Source: Candidatus Thorarchaeota archaeon
GTDB lineage: Archaea > Asgardarchaeota > Thorarchaeia > Thorarchaeales > Thorarchaeaceae
Assembly: GCA_019057475.1 (NCBI GenBank)
Contig: DXJO01000020.1
Span: forward strand, 113,412 to 177,411
Reading direction: 5' to 3'
Length of the DNA: 64,000 bases
The position numbers were made by a program, and so were the translations under genes. The notes beneath the pieces were generated by a model. The model did no database searches, was not told the origin of the DNA, and worked only from the letters and a program-made list of their open reading frames with translations. Of the stretch, positions 1 to 10,457 are shown piece by piece. Numbering within the stretch: the stretch's first letter is position 1; the number at the start of each line of letters is the position of its first letter.

Positions 1-2
1 CC

Positions 3-596
3 GGGGACAACACAATATTCGTCTATCCAACTGGCGAAACGCTTGCAGACCTGCAGCGTCTGAGTGAAAAGATTCGTGAGGTGCGGGTCAAGGGTATAGA
101 CGATGTCACACACGTTGTGATTCGCAAGGAGTCAGATCGCTACGTTCTGTACACAGAGGGTTCTAACCTTCAAGATGCTCTGGAGATACCTGATGTCAAC
201 CCACACAAGATATACACTAACAATCTCAAAGAAATATACAAAGTTCTCGGGATTGAGGCAACCAGAAATGCAATCATCCAAGAGGCGATGAATGTTCTGA
301 ATGAGCAGGGTATGGATGTTGATGTACGACACATAATCCTCGTTGCTGACATGATGACTGCAGATGGTGCGATACGCCAGATTGGTCGGCATGGCATTTC
401 AGGTTCGAAGAACAGTGCTTTGGCTCGGGCCGCCTTTGAGGTGACTATCAAGCACTTACTGGGAGCAGGCATAGCAGGGACAAAGGACCCGCTTAGAGGC
501 ATAACTGAGAATGTTATTCTCGGGCAGCTCATCCCGTTGGGCACTGGTTCTATCGATTTACTGATGAATCCTCAGGGCTCTCCTAGCAAGAAATAG
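3..596 (+). CDS. rpoA2: DNA-directed RNA polymerase subunit A'' (Rpo1C), C-terminal part, truncated by window start
   Basis: Frame open from nt 3; motifs LGIEATRNAI, VDVRHIILVADMMT, GRHG, LARAAFE, GITENVILGQ. Confidence 0.96.
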   Translation, partial: GDNTIFVYPTGETLADLQRLSEKIREVRVKGIDDVTHVVIRKESDRYVLYTEGSNLQDALEIPDVNPHKIYTNNLKEIYKVLGIEATRNAIIQEAMNVLNEQGMDVDVRHIILVADMMTADGAIRQIGRHGISGSKNSALARAAFEVTIKHLLGAGIAGTKDPLRGITENVILGQLIPLGTGSIDLLMNPQGSPSKK

Positions 597-725
597 GCTA
601 TCTGAGGCGATACTAGCGCATCAATCAATGTTACAATGCGGAAACATTAAAACAGAAGTTAGTTTGACGAGATTGTTTCTGGGTTTATCAAGAAGCCGCA
701 TCAATACAAAATGAGGTTATGACCA

Positions 726-1019
726 TTGAGCCTGAATCAACCGATTGCAAGTGCAGTAAGCACAGGTGAGTGTCGCATAGGAGCAAAGTCCTCCATCGAT
801 GCGATAAAGAGCGGTGCTGCAAAACTAGTTGTGGTTGCTGCAAATTGTCCGAAGAATGAATACGCGGACATTGAAACCTACGCACAACTTGCTGAGGTCA
901 AGGTGCTAGAGTTTGAAGGCACATCATGGGATTTGGGAGAGGTCATAGGCAAACCCTTCATGGTATCAGCTATTGCTGTGATAAAGCCGGGCGATTCCAA
1001 GATTTTGAAGGCTGTTTGA
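726..1019 (+). CDS. rpl30e: 50S ribosomal protein L30e
   Basis: L30e motifs (AKLVVVAANCP, LGEVIGKPF, PGDSKIL); canonical position after rpoA2; TTG start. Confidence 0.95.
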   Translation: MSLNQPIASAVSTGECRIGAKSSIDAIKSGAAKLVVVAANCPKNEYADIETYAQLAEVKVLEFEGTSWDLGEVIGKPFMVSAIAVIKPGDSKILKAV

Positions 1020-1030
1020 GGCGATTCATA

Positions 1031-1465
1031 TTGCCCCGAGTCAGACTCTCGATGGATGACATGGCTCTCATTGCCACGTTCGAACGCATCACTGGGGCCT
1101 CCGCGGTGGATGTGGTTCGGGATGACGAGGGTGATCGACTGATCTTCATTGTGCGCCCAAAACAGCTCGGCAAAGCCATTGGTCGTGGTGGTGCAAACGT
1201 CAAGGCAGCGGCTGACGTCTTCGGCAGGCCTATCGACATTGTTGAGATAGCTGAAACTGCAGAGGAGTTTGTGAAGAAGGCGCTTGCCCCCGCCCGAGTT
1301 GAACAAGTGAAACTCGTTCGCCACAAGAATGGAAACACGATTGCCACAGTTACAGTCAAACAAGCGGACAGAGGCATTGCCATTGGACGAGAGGGTCGGA
1401 ATATCGCCCGTGCTCGAATATTAGCCAAGCGTCACTTTGACGTGACCAATGTGACAATTGCATAA
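1031..1465 (+). CDS. nusA: Archaeal NusA (KH-domain) transcription factor
   Basis: Two KH motifs (AIGRGGANV, AIGREGRNI); TTG start at 1031 with SD GAGGCGA 6 nt upstream. Confidence 0.94.
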   Translation: MPRVRLSMDDMALIATFERITGASAVDVVRDDEGDRLIFIVRPKQLGKAIGRGGANVKAAADVFGRPIDIVEIAETAEEFVKKALAPARVEQVKLVRHKNGNTIATVTVKQADRGIAIGREGRNIARARILAKRHFDVTNVTIA

Positions 1466-1622
1466 GGGACCTGACGCACTCAGAGGCCGTTTCGCAGCAA
1501 TATTCAATGAGATTGCCCTGGTTGTGTCATAACGCTTTTAAGCATACAACAGGCGGATGCCGTGACCACACGTAGAGAGCACTATGAATGGTGGTCCCAT
1601 TATCACCACAGAGGCGAATTAT

Positions 1623-2066
1623 TTGACTGGTTCAAAGAGCCCGATGGGCGAATTTGCAGCAAGACCCCTCCGGTCCAAGCGGAAGAAGTACCGCTGGAAG
1701 AAGCCCAGCTTGAAGAGACGAATGCTCAAGCTGAAGCGGAAGACCGATCCGCTAGAGGGTGCCCCGCAGGCACGCGGAATCGTGTTGGAGAAGGTCGGTA
1801 TTGAGTCGAAACAACCCAACTCAGCTATCAGAAAGGCCGTTAGGATTCAGCTCTCTAAGAACGGTAAACAAATCACCGCATTCATACCGGGCGATGGCGG
1901 ACTCAAATATATCGATGAACACGACGAAGTCATTGTCCAGGGCATTGGGGGCGCAATGGGAGGAGCTATGGGTGATATCCCCGGCGTAAGATGGGCTGTG
2001 GTAAAAGTCAACGGAGTTTCCCTTGAGTCTCTTATCTACGGCAGGGCAGAGAAACCAATTCGTTAG
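1623..2066 (+). CDS. rps12: 30S ribosomal protein S12 (uS12)
   Basis: KQPNSAIRK and GDIPGVR motifs; probable TTG start at 1623 after SD GAGGCGA. Confidence 0.97.
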   Translation: MTGSKSPMGEFAARPLRSKRKKYRWKKPSLKRRMLKLKRKTDPLEGAPQARGIVLEKVGIESKQPNSAIRKAVRIQLSKNGKQITAFIPGDGGLKYIDEHDEVIVQGIGGAMGGAMGDIPGVRWAVVKVNGVSLESLIYGRAEKPIR

Positions 2067-2075
2067 GTGATAAAG

Positions 2076-2738
2076 ATGACTGAAGAAAAAAAAGATGCGC
2101 CAGTCCAAGAAGAGCCGAAGGCGCAAAGCCTGCCTGTAGCCACGCCTGATTTTCTGTTGTTTGGTAAATGGGATTCAACAGTGGTCCAAGTGAAGGATGT
2201 TGGTCTTACCCGATACATCTCTCTGAAGTCTGTCCTGATTCCGCATACAGCAGGAAGGCACAGCCACAAACGTTTCCACAAGAGCAATGTACCTATTGTA
2301 GAGCGATTCGTGAATAAACTACTCAATGCAGGACGGCGCAAAGACAAGAAGACACGCACTGGCAGGACCGCAGGCAAGAAAACACGAACAATCAACGTGG
2401 TCAGACGAGTCTTTGAGATTATTAATTTCAGAACTGGCCTCAATCCAATCCAAGTTCTCGTGACTGCTATCGAAAATACTGCTCCTTCCGAGGAAACGAC
2501 AAGAATTTCCTATGGTGGAATGGCATATCCTCGCTCAGTAGACGTTTCTCCCCAGCGCAGGATTGATCTCGCTTTGAAGTACCTCGCTGTAGGCGCAGTT
2601 CGTTCATCGCACAAGAATGCCAAGTCGTTCGAGGAATGTATCGTTGACGAGCTGCTTCTTGCTTACAAAGGCGATTCTGGAAGCTATGGAATTTCCAGAA
2701 AAGAAGAGCGCGAGAGAGTGGCCCGTTCAGCAAGGTAG
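2076..2738 (+). CDS. rps7: 30S ribosomal protein S7 (uS7)
   Basis: NPIQVLVTAIEN, VDVSPQRRID, ERERVARSAR; SD GGTGA. Confidence 0.97.
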   Translation: MTEEKKDAPVQEEPKAQSLPVATPDFLLFGKWDSTVVQVKDVGLTRYISLKSVLIPHTAGRHSHKRFHKSNVPIVERFVNKLLNAGRRKDKKTRTGRTAGKKTRTINVVRRVFEIINFRTGLNPIQVLVTAIENTAPSEETTRISYGGMAYPRSVDVSPQRRIDLALKYLAVGAVRSSHKNAKSFEECIVDELLLAYKGDSGSYGISRKEERERVARSAR

Positions 2739-2881
2739 TATTCTTCTCAACCTTGTATTATCATCCTGTATCAGCAGAATTGATGCTGCATTTCATAGTG
2801 TTTTTAGAGAGCCTTATCAGAGAGATAGGTTCCAGTCGATGCACTCAATGCGCAAGTGAAGAACCTGACGAGGAACGAGAG

Positions 2882-3790
2882 ATGAACAAGTCTACTGCGG
2901 CATGGCTTACAATAAATCTCATTACAGTGGCTTGGGCATCTTCTCTCATCCTCGCAAAGATTGCTTTCCTGGAAGGGTTGACACCCATCATCTTCGTTGC
3001 GGTACGCTACACTATCGCTTGCCCCTTTCTCATTGCAGCTGTTTACATGTTCGGACGCAGGTCGAAGCTGCGTGGAGATATGAGGAGTAACTGGCGGATC
3101 ATCCTGCTTGCGGGAATCACAGGTCCATTTCTCTCCCAAGTGCTGCAATACATTGGACTAAGTATGACAACAGCAGACGAAACCATACTACTCTTGAACA
3201 TGAGCCCTGTTTTCGCAGTCTTGATGGCCGCTCCAGTTCTGAAGGAGAAGATAACTAGTGAGAAGATAGGAGGCCTCTTTCTAGCGGTCATTGGTGTGGG
3301 TCTGATCGTCTTGGGTGGTACGCCACTTGATGATGCTTTTGGTCCCCTACGCCTGGTGGGCAACGCAATTGTGATAGTATCTACATTTCTGTTTGCGGTT
3401 AACGGAATAGCCGGCAAAATGGCGATTAAATCAATTGACGCTGTATCCCTCACTCTATACAGCACCCTATTTGCTGTGCCTTTCATCTGGCTCTCTGCAG
3501 CGTTCATGGAGGACATAACTGTAATACTGCGGCTGAGTGCTGGTGTCTGGGCAATCATCCTCTGGGTCGGGATAGTGAATACGGCACTAGCATTCGTCCT
3601 GTATTACAATGCGATGAATCACATTGAAGCCTCCAGAGTACAGATTGCGCTGAATCTGATAACAGTGTGGGGTGTGCTAATGGCGTTTCTATTCCTTGGT
3701 GAGCCTTTGTTTGCTCTTCAACTCGTAGGCGGTGCCTTGACTGTCGTTGGCGTCATAATCGCTCAGAGAGTTCGCAAAGCCGCCCCTTAA
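2882..3790 (+). CDS. DMT/EamA family transporter
   Basis: About 10 TM helices in two repeats; LKEKIT and LFLGEPL signatures; start moved to ATG 2882. Confidence 0.88.
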   Translation: MNKSTAAWLTINLITVAWASSLILAKIAFLEGLTPIIFVAVRYTIACPFLIAAVYMFGRRSKLRGDMRSNWRIILLAGITGPFLSQVLQYIGLSMTTADETILLLNMSPVFAVLMAAPVLKEKITSEKIGGLFLAVIGVGLIVLGGTPLDDAFGPLRLVGNAIVIVSTFLFAVNGIAGKMAIKSIDAVSLTLYSTLFAVPFIWLSAAFMEDITVILRLSAGVWAIILWVGIVNTALAFVLYYNAMNHIEASRVQIALNLITVWGVLMAFLFLGEPLFALQLVGGALTVVGVIIAQRVRKAAP

Positions 3791-3946
3791 GCTTGAAGTC
3801 GATGAGTCCACTGTTGGGAAATGAGTGCGCCATCTCCAATTAATCAGGCTGTCTTGTAGAAAGCGTTAAAAGCACGGTCCAAGGTGGCACTCACGGTCTG
3901 TACCCCTTAGAGGACAGATTGAAAGCGAATAAGGAGAAATAATGCC

Positions 3947-5251
3947 TTGTCCAAGAAACAGAAGGATCACCTGAATCTAGTGGTAGTTGGTCACGTCGAC
4001 CACGGCAAGTCCACTATGACTGGTAGACTCCTATACGAAACTGGCGCTGTTGACGAACGCACTTTCCAACAGCATAAAGCCGAAGCAGAAAAACTTGGGC
4101 GACCCAGCTGGGCATGGGCTTTTGCGCTGGACCGCCTGAAAGAGGAACGTGAGCGAGGTCTAACCATTGACATCGCCTTCTTCAAGTTCCTCACTGACAA
4201 ATACTATTACACGATCATCGATGCACCTGGTCACAAGGACTTCATCAAGAACATGATCACTGGCGCATCTCAGGCCGACGTGGCTCTTCTTGTGGTATCT
4301 GCAAAGAAGGGTGAATTCGAAGCCGGCATCGGACCTGGTGGCCAGACAAAGGAGCACGCATACCTAGTGATGACACTCGGTGTGCCGAGCATAATTGTCT
4401 GTGTCAACAAGATGGATGACGACAGCGTGAAGTACAGCGAGGACCGCTACAATGAGGTTAAGGAGGAAGTATCAGGCTTCCTGAAGAGCATTGGTTACAA
4501 AATGGACAAGATTCCGTTCATTCCAACTTCAGCCCTCGATGCAGCAAACCTGAAGGAACAGTCCAAGGACTTCACTCCTTGGTATGAAGGTCCCAGCTTG
4601 CTTCAGGCACTCGACCTCGTCGATCTTCCGCCAAAGCCACTTAAGAAGCCTCTGAGGATTCCGATTAACGACGTCTACTCAATCAAGGGTGTCGGAACTG
4701 TGCCAGTCGGTCGTGTTGAAACCGGTGTGATGAAGCCTGGGATGAAGATTACCTTCATGCCCCCCAACAAGACTGGAGAGGTCAAGTCAATCGAGATGCA
4801 TCACGAGATTCTGTCGCAGGCAGTACCTGGTGATAACATTGGCTTCAACATAAGAGGCATCGAGAGGAAAGACCTTGGCCGTGGTGACGTTGCAGGTCCT
4901 ACTGACAAGCCACCGACAGTCGCTGCTGACTACACTGGCCAGATCATGGTCATCCAGCATCCGACAGCCATCACAGTGGGTTATACTCCAGTTGTTCATG
5001 CACACACCGCTCAGGTAGCGTGCAGGTTCGATCAGATTCTGCAGAAGCTAGACCAGGCAACTGGTCAGCTTATCGAAGAGAATCCTGACTTTGTGAAGAA
5101 AGGCGAGAGCATGATAGCGAAACTCGTGCCTCTCAAGCCGATGTGCATTGAAACCTACAAGCAGTTCCCACAGCTCGGCCGCTTCGCGGTACGTGACATG
5201 GGCATGACAGTCGCAGTCGGCGTTGTCACAAAAGTCACTAAGAGGAAATAG
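3947..5251 (+). CDS. tuf: Translation elongation factor EF-1alpha
   Basis: [37 protein letters not shown]. Confidence 0.99.
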   Translation: MSKKQKDHLNLVVVGHVDHGKSTMTGRLLYETGAVDERTFQQHKAEAEKLGRPSWAWAFALDRLKEERERGLTIDIAFFKFLTDKYYYTIIDAPGHKDFIKNMITGASQADVALLVVSAKKGEFEAGIGPGGQTKEHAYLVMTLGVPSIIVCVNKMDDDSVKYSEDRYNEVKEEVSGFLKSIGYKMDKIPFIPTSALDAANLKEQSKDFTPWYEGPSLLQALDLVDLPPKPLKKPLRIPINDVYSIKGVGTVPVGRVETGVMKPGMKITFMPPNKTGEVKSIEMHHEILSQAVPGDNIGFNIRGIERKDLGRGDVAGPTDKPPTVAADYTGQIMVIQHPTAITVGYTPVVHAHTAQVACRFDQILQKLDQATGQLIEENPDFVKKGESMIAKLVPLKPMCIETYKQFPQLGRFAVRDMGMTVAVGVVTKVTKRK

Positions 5252-5256
5252 TTCAC

Positions 5257-5297
5257 AGAACCGGGTCGCAAGGCCCGAGTTCTCTCTTATTTTTTTA
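5257..5297 (+). terminator. Hairpin (GCAA tetraloop) plus T-tract after EF-1alpha
   Basis: AGAAC-CGGGTC-GCAA-GGCCCG-A-GTTCT followed by TTATTTTTTT. Confidence 0.65.
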
Positions 5298-5382
5298 TTC
5301 AGCTTTGCTTGTTACTATGCAATCCATATGCGATTCATCATTACCTGCTCTTGGGATAATGGGACTTCATCAAAATAGAGAG

Positions 5383-5497
5383 TGGCGCTGGGGGCGAGAT
5401 TCGAACTCGCGCGTGCAAGCACACCAACTGTCAGCCCGCCCGCGTCACGCGTAGGCGATTAGCAGGCTGGCTCCGTACCAGGCTCGGAAACCCCAGC
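5383..5497 (-). tRNA. tRNA-Ser(GCT) with 30-nt canonical 37/38 intron (5430-5459), encoded CCA
   Basis: Acceptor GCTGGGG/CCCCAGC, anticodon stem CCAGC/GTTGG, long variable arm, GTTCGAATC T-loop. Confidence 0.93.
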
Positions 5498-5636
5498 ATC
5501 AAGGTGTGCGAACTTTGCTCTTCTCTTAAAGATTATCGTACTTCTCTTTTACTTCGGCATTTGCCATCAACGATTTCATCATTACTGCAATAACAAACGC
5601 TATTTTGCTAAGAGTTATCCTTAGATTTGTGGGGTT

Positions 5637-5990
5637 GTGGCGATTTATCTGCTTACAGTAATCTATTCCGCGCTGAGAATAATACTGCATAATGAATCGG
5701 AACGGACTGGATACTCGGTAGTCCTCCTTAGGAAGCAGAGAATTCTCCTGTCGTTGGCAACCATTCCTGCATGGACAATTTACTATGTCTACACAGTCAT
5801 GACGTTCATAGTAATCTATTCAGACCCTCCAGATTTTTCAGGATTTCCACCATGGCCAGTTCCGTTCTACATTGCTGGCTTGGCCTGGCTTGTATTCGAT
5901 GTGTTGTGGCAGTTCCGGAAGCTTCAGCACGAGATAATTCGAGGTCCTATTATAGACGGCACCGCCGATTCATTTCAGAATCGTTGGTAG
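5637..5990 (+). CDS. Small membrane protein, paralog 1 of tandem pair
   Basis: About 3 hydrophobic segments; clear similarity to 6075-6413 (RILLSL..IPA, YIA.LAWLVFDVL). Confidence 0.55.
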   Translation: MAIYLLTVIYSALRIILHNESERTGYSVVLLRKQRILLSLATIPAWTIYYVYTVMTFIVIYSDPPDFSGFPPWPVPFYIAGLAWLVFDVLWQFRKLQHEIIRGPIIDGTADSFQNRW

Positions 5991-6074
5991 CACCTATCAA
6001 CAATTCTTCTCTAGGAAACCAGTACGAAAACGAACAGTTTTTCACTAAGAACAAGATATGCACCTGCGGGGGTC

Positions 6075-6413
6075 GTGTCGATTCAACTCGTTAAGAATTG
6101 TGTAGCAGCAGGAGTCTATCTCTTGTTGAGAGTACTACTCCAAAATGCACCAGAACAAACTAGACTCTCGATAATTCGCGTTCGCAAGCTGAGGATTCTT
6201 TTATCGCTATTGGCCATTCCCGCGTTGACTTTGCTTTATGTTGATGACATCATGGTACACCTACAGTACTATCCCATGGTCATGCCCCCGCTTCCTGTTT
6301 CGGTTTACATTGCTTGCCTAGCGTGGCTTGTATTCGATGTGTTGCGGGAGTACAATGCGCTTGTCAAAGCTAAAAGGTGGGCTAGTGAAGAAGATCCCGT
6401 TGAATCATCTTAG
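6075..6413 (+). CDS. Small membrane protein, paralog 2 of tandem pair
   Basis: Paralog of 5637-5990; shared DNA TGGCTTGTATTCGATGTGTTG. Confidence 0.55.
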   Translation: MSIQLVKNCVAAGVYLLLRVLLQNAPEQTRLSIIRVRKLRILLSLLAIPALTLLYVDDIMVHLQYYPMVMPPLPVSVYIACLAWLVFDVLREYNALVKAKRWASEEDPVESS

Positions 6414-6472
6414 GACTGATAGAGCCTGACAACTACTCCTTTTCAATGAATCAGAATAACAACAAGCAAAGG

Positions 6473-6784
6473 TGCAGCGGCCCCAACACTTCGGGTGTCC
6501 TTCTCCTGCGAAGAATGCTCGTCGTGCTTCTCAAAGCAGCGCTCTCTGAGGCTCCACCACTTAGTCTGAGGGCTGTTCCCGCCAGGGCCTGACCCGGTTC
6601 GACAATCTAAGTCAATCACAACAGTCCTACGACTGTTGGTATGACCGTGACAGACTTCAAAGACTGCTCGTCATCGTCCCACAGCGAATCTCAACAGGAT
6701 TGGGGTTCATCCTCCGCATGGTTACTGGTGCCACTATTGCCATGTGGTTTCAGCCGCGGCAAACGGCCCACCCTGCCCGCTGCA
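6473..6784 (-). ncRNA. ffs: Archaeal SRP (7S) RNA
   Basis: About 310 nt; terminal helix TGCAGCGG/CCGCTGCA; helix 6 CAACAGTC-GTAG-GACTGTTG; helix 8 GAACCGGGTCAGGCCC...GGGAACAGCCC; T-rich box about 25 nt upstream. Confidence 0.9.
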
Positions 6785-6838
6785 GTTCGAGGAATCTACT
6801 GGTATGCCTAAAAAAGTTACCAATTGGGCTCAAACAAA

Positions 6839-8621
6839 CTAGATGAAGGCTCCAGCCGCCCTCTTTATTGTAACGATCTCTTCCAACACATCCAGTTCTG
6901 GCTGTGTTAAATCCTCAGAAAACTTCTTTCTGATTGCGAGAATATGCTTGTCAGGCACGTCAATGTAGAGTACTTCATTGTCCTTTACCTGTCTGCCAAT
7001 GCTCGGCCCTCGGATAGACACTGCAACTTCCATTCCATCAGTTGCCTCATCTATCGTGACACTTCTATCCTGAATCTGCAGAATGGTTCCCACGCGCTTT
7101 CCTTGCCCATTGATGAGGGCTGTTCTTGGCTTCACAACGCCGCTTACTTTGACGCCTACGACTGCTGGATTCTTCTGCCTGAATACATAGTCAGGTATGA
7201 GCGTAATTTTTCCAGGCCTAACAATTGAGCCAAGCGACTCAGCCTTTGCCTGCTCTCGTTTCACTATGAGCCACGCGTTGAAATCATCAAAGAGGCGATA
7301 GATCACCTCATTCATGAATACCTCGACTCCGTATTCTGCAGCCAGATCCTCAATATCAGGTGCAATTTTAACGTTGAACCCCAGTACGACGGCGTTGAGA
7401 GGGTCTGTATCACCTGCAGCTTGGGCCTCAACTATGTCCCTTTTAACAATCTGACCAACATCAGCAATCCGTACTGGAATCTTGCGGTCCTGCAAGAACT
7501 GACTGACTGCCTCCAAAGAACCAAGAGTATCGGTCTTCAGAACAACACCGGATGAATCCTTCTGAATGCGTATTGAGCTGATCTCATCACGTATTTTGGA
7601 CTTGATAGCTTCAAGTTCATCTAAATCACTAACAGCATAGACTGGTGCACCAGCCAGTGCTCCCTTGATGTCGGGAGACACAATTTTAACACCTGCCGCG
7701 GCATGCACCTCGTCAACGTGCGCAAACTTCTCTTTTGGGTCTCTAATCTCATCAAGCGCCTTTGGGAGCAGTAATGCTCTGATTTTAGCAACTATGACAT
7801 CATCGAGACCGCCGACCACTATAGTATCAGACTTCCTCAAAACCCCCTCATAGATTATTGTATCAAGCGTTGTGCCTAGGCCGGTTTCCTCTCTGACCTC
7901 CAGTATCGCTCCCTTAGCCGGACCCGTGGAGATACTGAGCCTATCCTTAAGGTACTGCTGAGTCAGTCCTGAGAGGACCATCAACAGCTCAGGAATGCCA
8001 TCCCCGGTCTTCGCACTAGTGGGCACAATGGCCACAGTCTGCGTGAAGTCCTCTACACGATCATATCTTTCCGAAGCGATTCCGTTTGCAGACAGTGCTC
8101 CAACAATCTCGTATAGACGTCGGTCTAGCTCGTTCTGTATTGTCTTGTTCTGCGACTTTATGGCCTGGAACAGGTCGACATCAGGAACACTCCTCCATCC
8201 CGGGACCTTGTCGAGCTTGTTAGCGGCTATGAGGAACGGTGTTTTCCCTGATTTCAGTATCTTCAATGATTCATAGGACTGAGTCAGTGGCCCCTCATTG
8301 ATGTCCACTACTAATATCGCTATGTCAGCTATCGCTCCACCGCGTCTTCTGAGGTTCAGGTATGCTTCATGGCCTGGCGTGTCAATGAACAGCAGGCCAT
8401 CGATTGTTAATTGGGTGTTGACGCTCTCCAGAAGGTTTCCACAAATGGAGAGAATCGTTTCAGTCGGGAAAAAGGAAGCGCCGATATGTTGAGTGATGCC
8501 TGCCGCCTCTCGATCCTGCACTGCTGTACCTCGCATCTTGTCCAGTAGTGAGGTTTTGCCATGGTCTATGTGACCGAGTACCGTGACAATGGGGGAACGC
8601 AGTTTTGCTTCCTGAGTCATC
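6839..8621 (-). CDS. infB: Translation initiation factor aIF5B (IF-2)
   Basis: LRSPIVTVLGHIDHGKT, GITQHIGA, DTPGHEAY, NKLD; start at MTQEAK. Confidence 0.97.
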
Positions 8622-8754
8622 AATGGCCACCTCACAAGAAGATTGATGCCAAGCAATTTTCCCTAGCTTATGAAACTGTCGTTTGCGATAGTCGAGCCAC
8701 AACCCTGAAATAACAAAGAACTGTGTTCGCCATCAGCAAGATAGACATAGTTCG

Positions 8755-9426
8755 GTGAAGCAGTTGGAACGCTCTTTTGTAATAATCAAACCTGATGGAA
8801 CCGCTAGAAGAAGAGTGAGTGCCTTAGTGATCAAGGCTCTACTGGATAGAGGATACAGTGTCCGTGCCTTCAAAGAAATGAAGGTATCCAAATCGTTGGC
8901 TGAAATGCACTACGCGGTCCATAAGGAGAAACCATTCTTCCCTTGGCTTGTAGACTTCATAACTTCCGCCAATGTTCTGACAATGATTCTCGAAGCTGAT
9001 AACGTAATCGAGGGCGTTCGCGAAGCGCTTGGTGCGACATTCGTTCAGAAGGCTTCGTCCGATTCACTAAGAGGACGTTATGGAATATGGGCTGGCATCA
9101 ATATCGCCCACGCATCTGATGGACCGGATACCGCAAGAACTGAGATATCTCTCTGGATGACTGAAGGTGGCATTGAAGAGTCTGATGACGCAGAGGCCTC
9201 TGCTTGGGCCTATATCAACAAGTACAGTTCTGGAAGCGCAGATTATACCATGGATATTCGCAATATTGTCAAAGAATCCATTGAAAATGGAAACACATCA
9301 CCTGCTGTTCTGAGCTCGCTGGAAGATCTGCTAGGTAAAGATGCAGACGGAATCGAGAAGAAATCAATCGACGCTCTGGCAAACGCGATTTTTGATTACA
9401 TTAAGGAAGAAGCCGAGAAAAAATGA
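8755..9426 (+). CDS. ndk: Nucleoside diphosphate kinase with C-terminal extension
   Basis: ERSFVIIKPDG, HYAVHKEKPFF, SLRGRYG, catalytic NIAHASD. Confidence 0.9.
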   Translation: MKQLERSFVIIKPDGTARRRVSALVIKALLDRGYSVRAFKEMKVSKSLAEMHYAVHKEKPFFPWLVDFITSANVLTMILEADNVIEGVREALGATFVQKASSDSLRGRYGIWAGINIAHASDGPDTARTEISLWMTEGGIEESDDAEASAWAYINKYSSGSADYTMDIRNIVKESIENGNTSPAVLSSLEDLLGKDADGIEKKSIDALANAIFDYIKEEAEKK

Positions 9427-9483
9427 CACCAGGTGGCAAAAAGTACCACCTATGCCTTTTACATGCAGATTCAAACAGGTGCT

Positions 9484-9684
9484 TCAGCGCTTCGTTTTGC
9501 CACCCTTCTCATAGCCCGTAGTCCACTTGGTATCTCTGGGCTTCATCTTCCGTTTTATCCTGTTGACCTTGCACTTATTCGAACAGAACCACAGTACAGC
9601 CCCGTCCTTTGTCTGTACGTAGGCCATGCCCGTGCCAGGCTCGATGTCCTTGCCACAGAAGACGCATTTCTGTGTTCCAACCAC
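9484..9684 (-). CDS. rpl24e: 50S ribosomal protein L24e
   Basis: CVFCGKDIEPGTG...FCSNKC...KWT. Confidence 0.96.
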   Translation of the reverse strand: MVGTQKCVFCGKDIEPGTGMAYVQTKDGAVLWFCSNKCKVNRIKRKMKPRDTKWTTGYEKGGKTKR

Positions 9685-9686
9685 GC

Positions 9687-9920
9687 CTAACGCCTCCTCA
9701 TCTTCCGAGCTTCACGTTCAGTTTCTCGGAGAGAGAGAATATCGCCCTCTCTGACAGGGCCTTTCACGTTGCGAGTGAGCACCCGACCTCTGTCCCGTCC
9801 GTCCAATATCTTGACTCGGACTTGGGTGATTTCCCCGGTCACTCCAGTTCTTCCCAGAATCTGGATAACCTCCGCCGGGGTTGCGGCAGTCCTATCTGAG
9901 TCATCATTTGTTTTACTCAT
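9687..9920 (-). CDS. rps28e: 30S ribosomal protein S28e
   Basis: [28 protein letters not shown]. Confidence 0.96.
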   Translation of the reverse strand: MSKTNDDSDRTAATPAEVIQILGRTGVTGEITQVRVKILDGRDRGRVLTRNVKGPVREGDILSLRETEREARKMRRR

Positions 9921-9944
9921 CTAAAGCCATCACCTAGAAGAGCA

Positions 9945-10316
9945 CTATTTGCGCAGTCCAGCTATCTTCTCAACCAAGTCATCAACAAGGTCCTTCGCCT
10001 TGCCATCAATGACGATGGCGACCGCCGCTGTGGGGCGTTCGATACCGCAAGCATTACCAAGGTCCTTCTTGCTATCCACGAAGATGTATGGTGCTTTCTT
10101 GTCATCACAGAGACCTGGCAAGTACATGATGATCTCTGGAGGTTCTACGTCCCCTGCAACCAGTACAAGACGTGCAATTCCACGCTCGATGGACTTAGTT
10201 GCCTCGTTTATTCCTTTCTTGATTCGTCCTGTATCTTTGGCAATCTCAAGAGCTTCGAGAGCCTTCTTCTGGAGCTCTTCAGGGAATTCAACTTCAACAA
10301 AACTCGGTTTCGGCAT
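9945..10316 (-). CDS. rpl7ae: Ribosomal protein L7Ae
   Basis: KKGINEATKSIERG, DVEPPEI, SKKDLGNACG. Confidence 0.97.
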   Translation of the reverse strand: MPKPSFVEVEFPEELQKKALEALEIAKDTGRIKKGINEATKSIERGIARLVLVAGDVEPPEIIMYLPGLCDDKKAPYIFVDSKKDLGNACGIERPTAAVAIVIDGKAKDLVDDLVEKIAGLRK

Positions 10317-10457
10317 TATTATCTACCTCTGTTTTCACATCATTGGTATGAGTGTCTATTAACGCACCCGTTGCAAAGGGTGCATTCTCGTCGCTGTCAT
10401 GCCTACTTCTTTTAAAACTGTCGAACTAGTCTGACTCAACAACTAGGGATGGCATGT

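Noticed and set aside
3942-3974. Out-of-frame ATG just before the EF-1alpha TTG (also at glyA and rpl30e), suggesting a frameshift or uORF
   Set aside because: Aligned SD spacing fits the TTG (5-6 nt); the ATG is too close to the SD, and the proteins are full length
5258-5276. Post-EF-1alpha hairpin shares GAACCGGGTC and AGGCCC with SRP helix 8
   Set aside because: Short match, different fold, explained as a terminator hairpin
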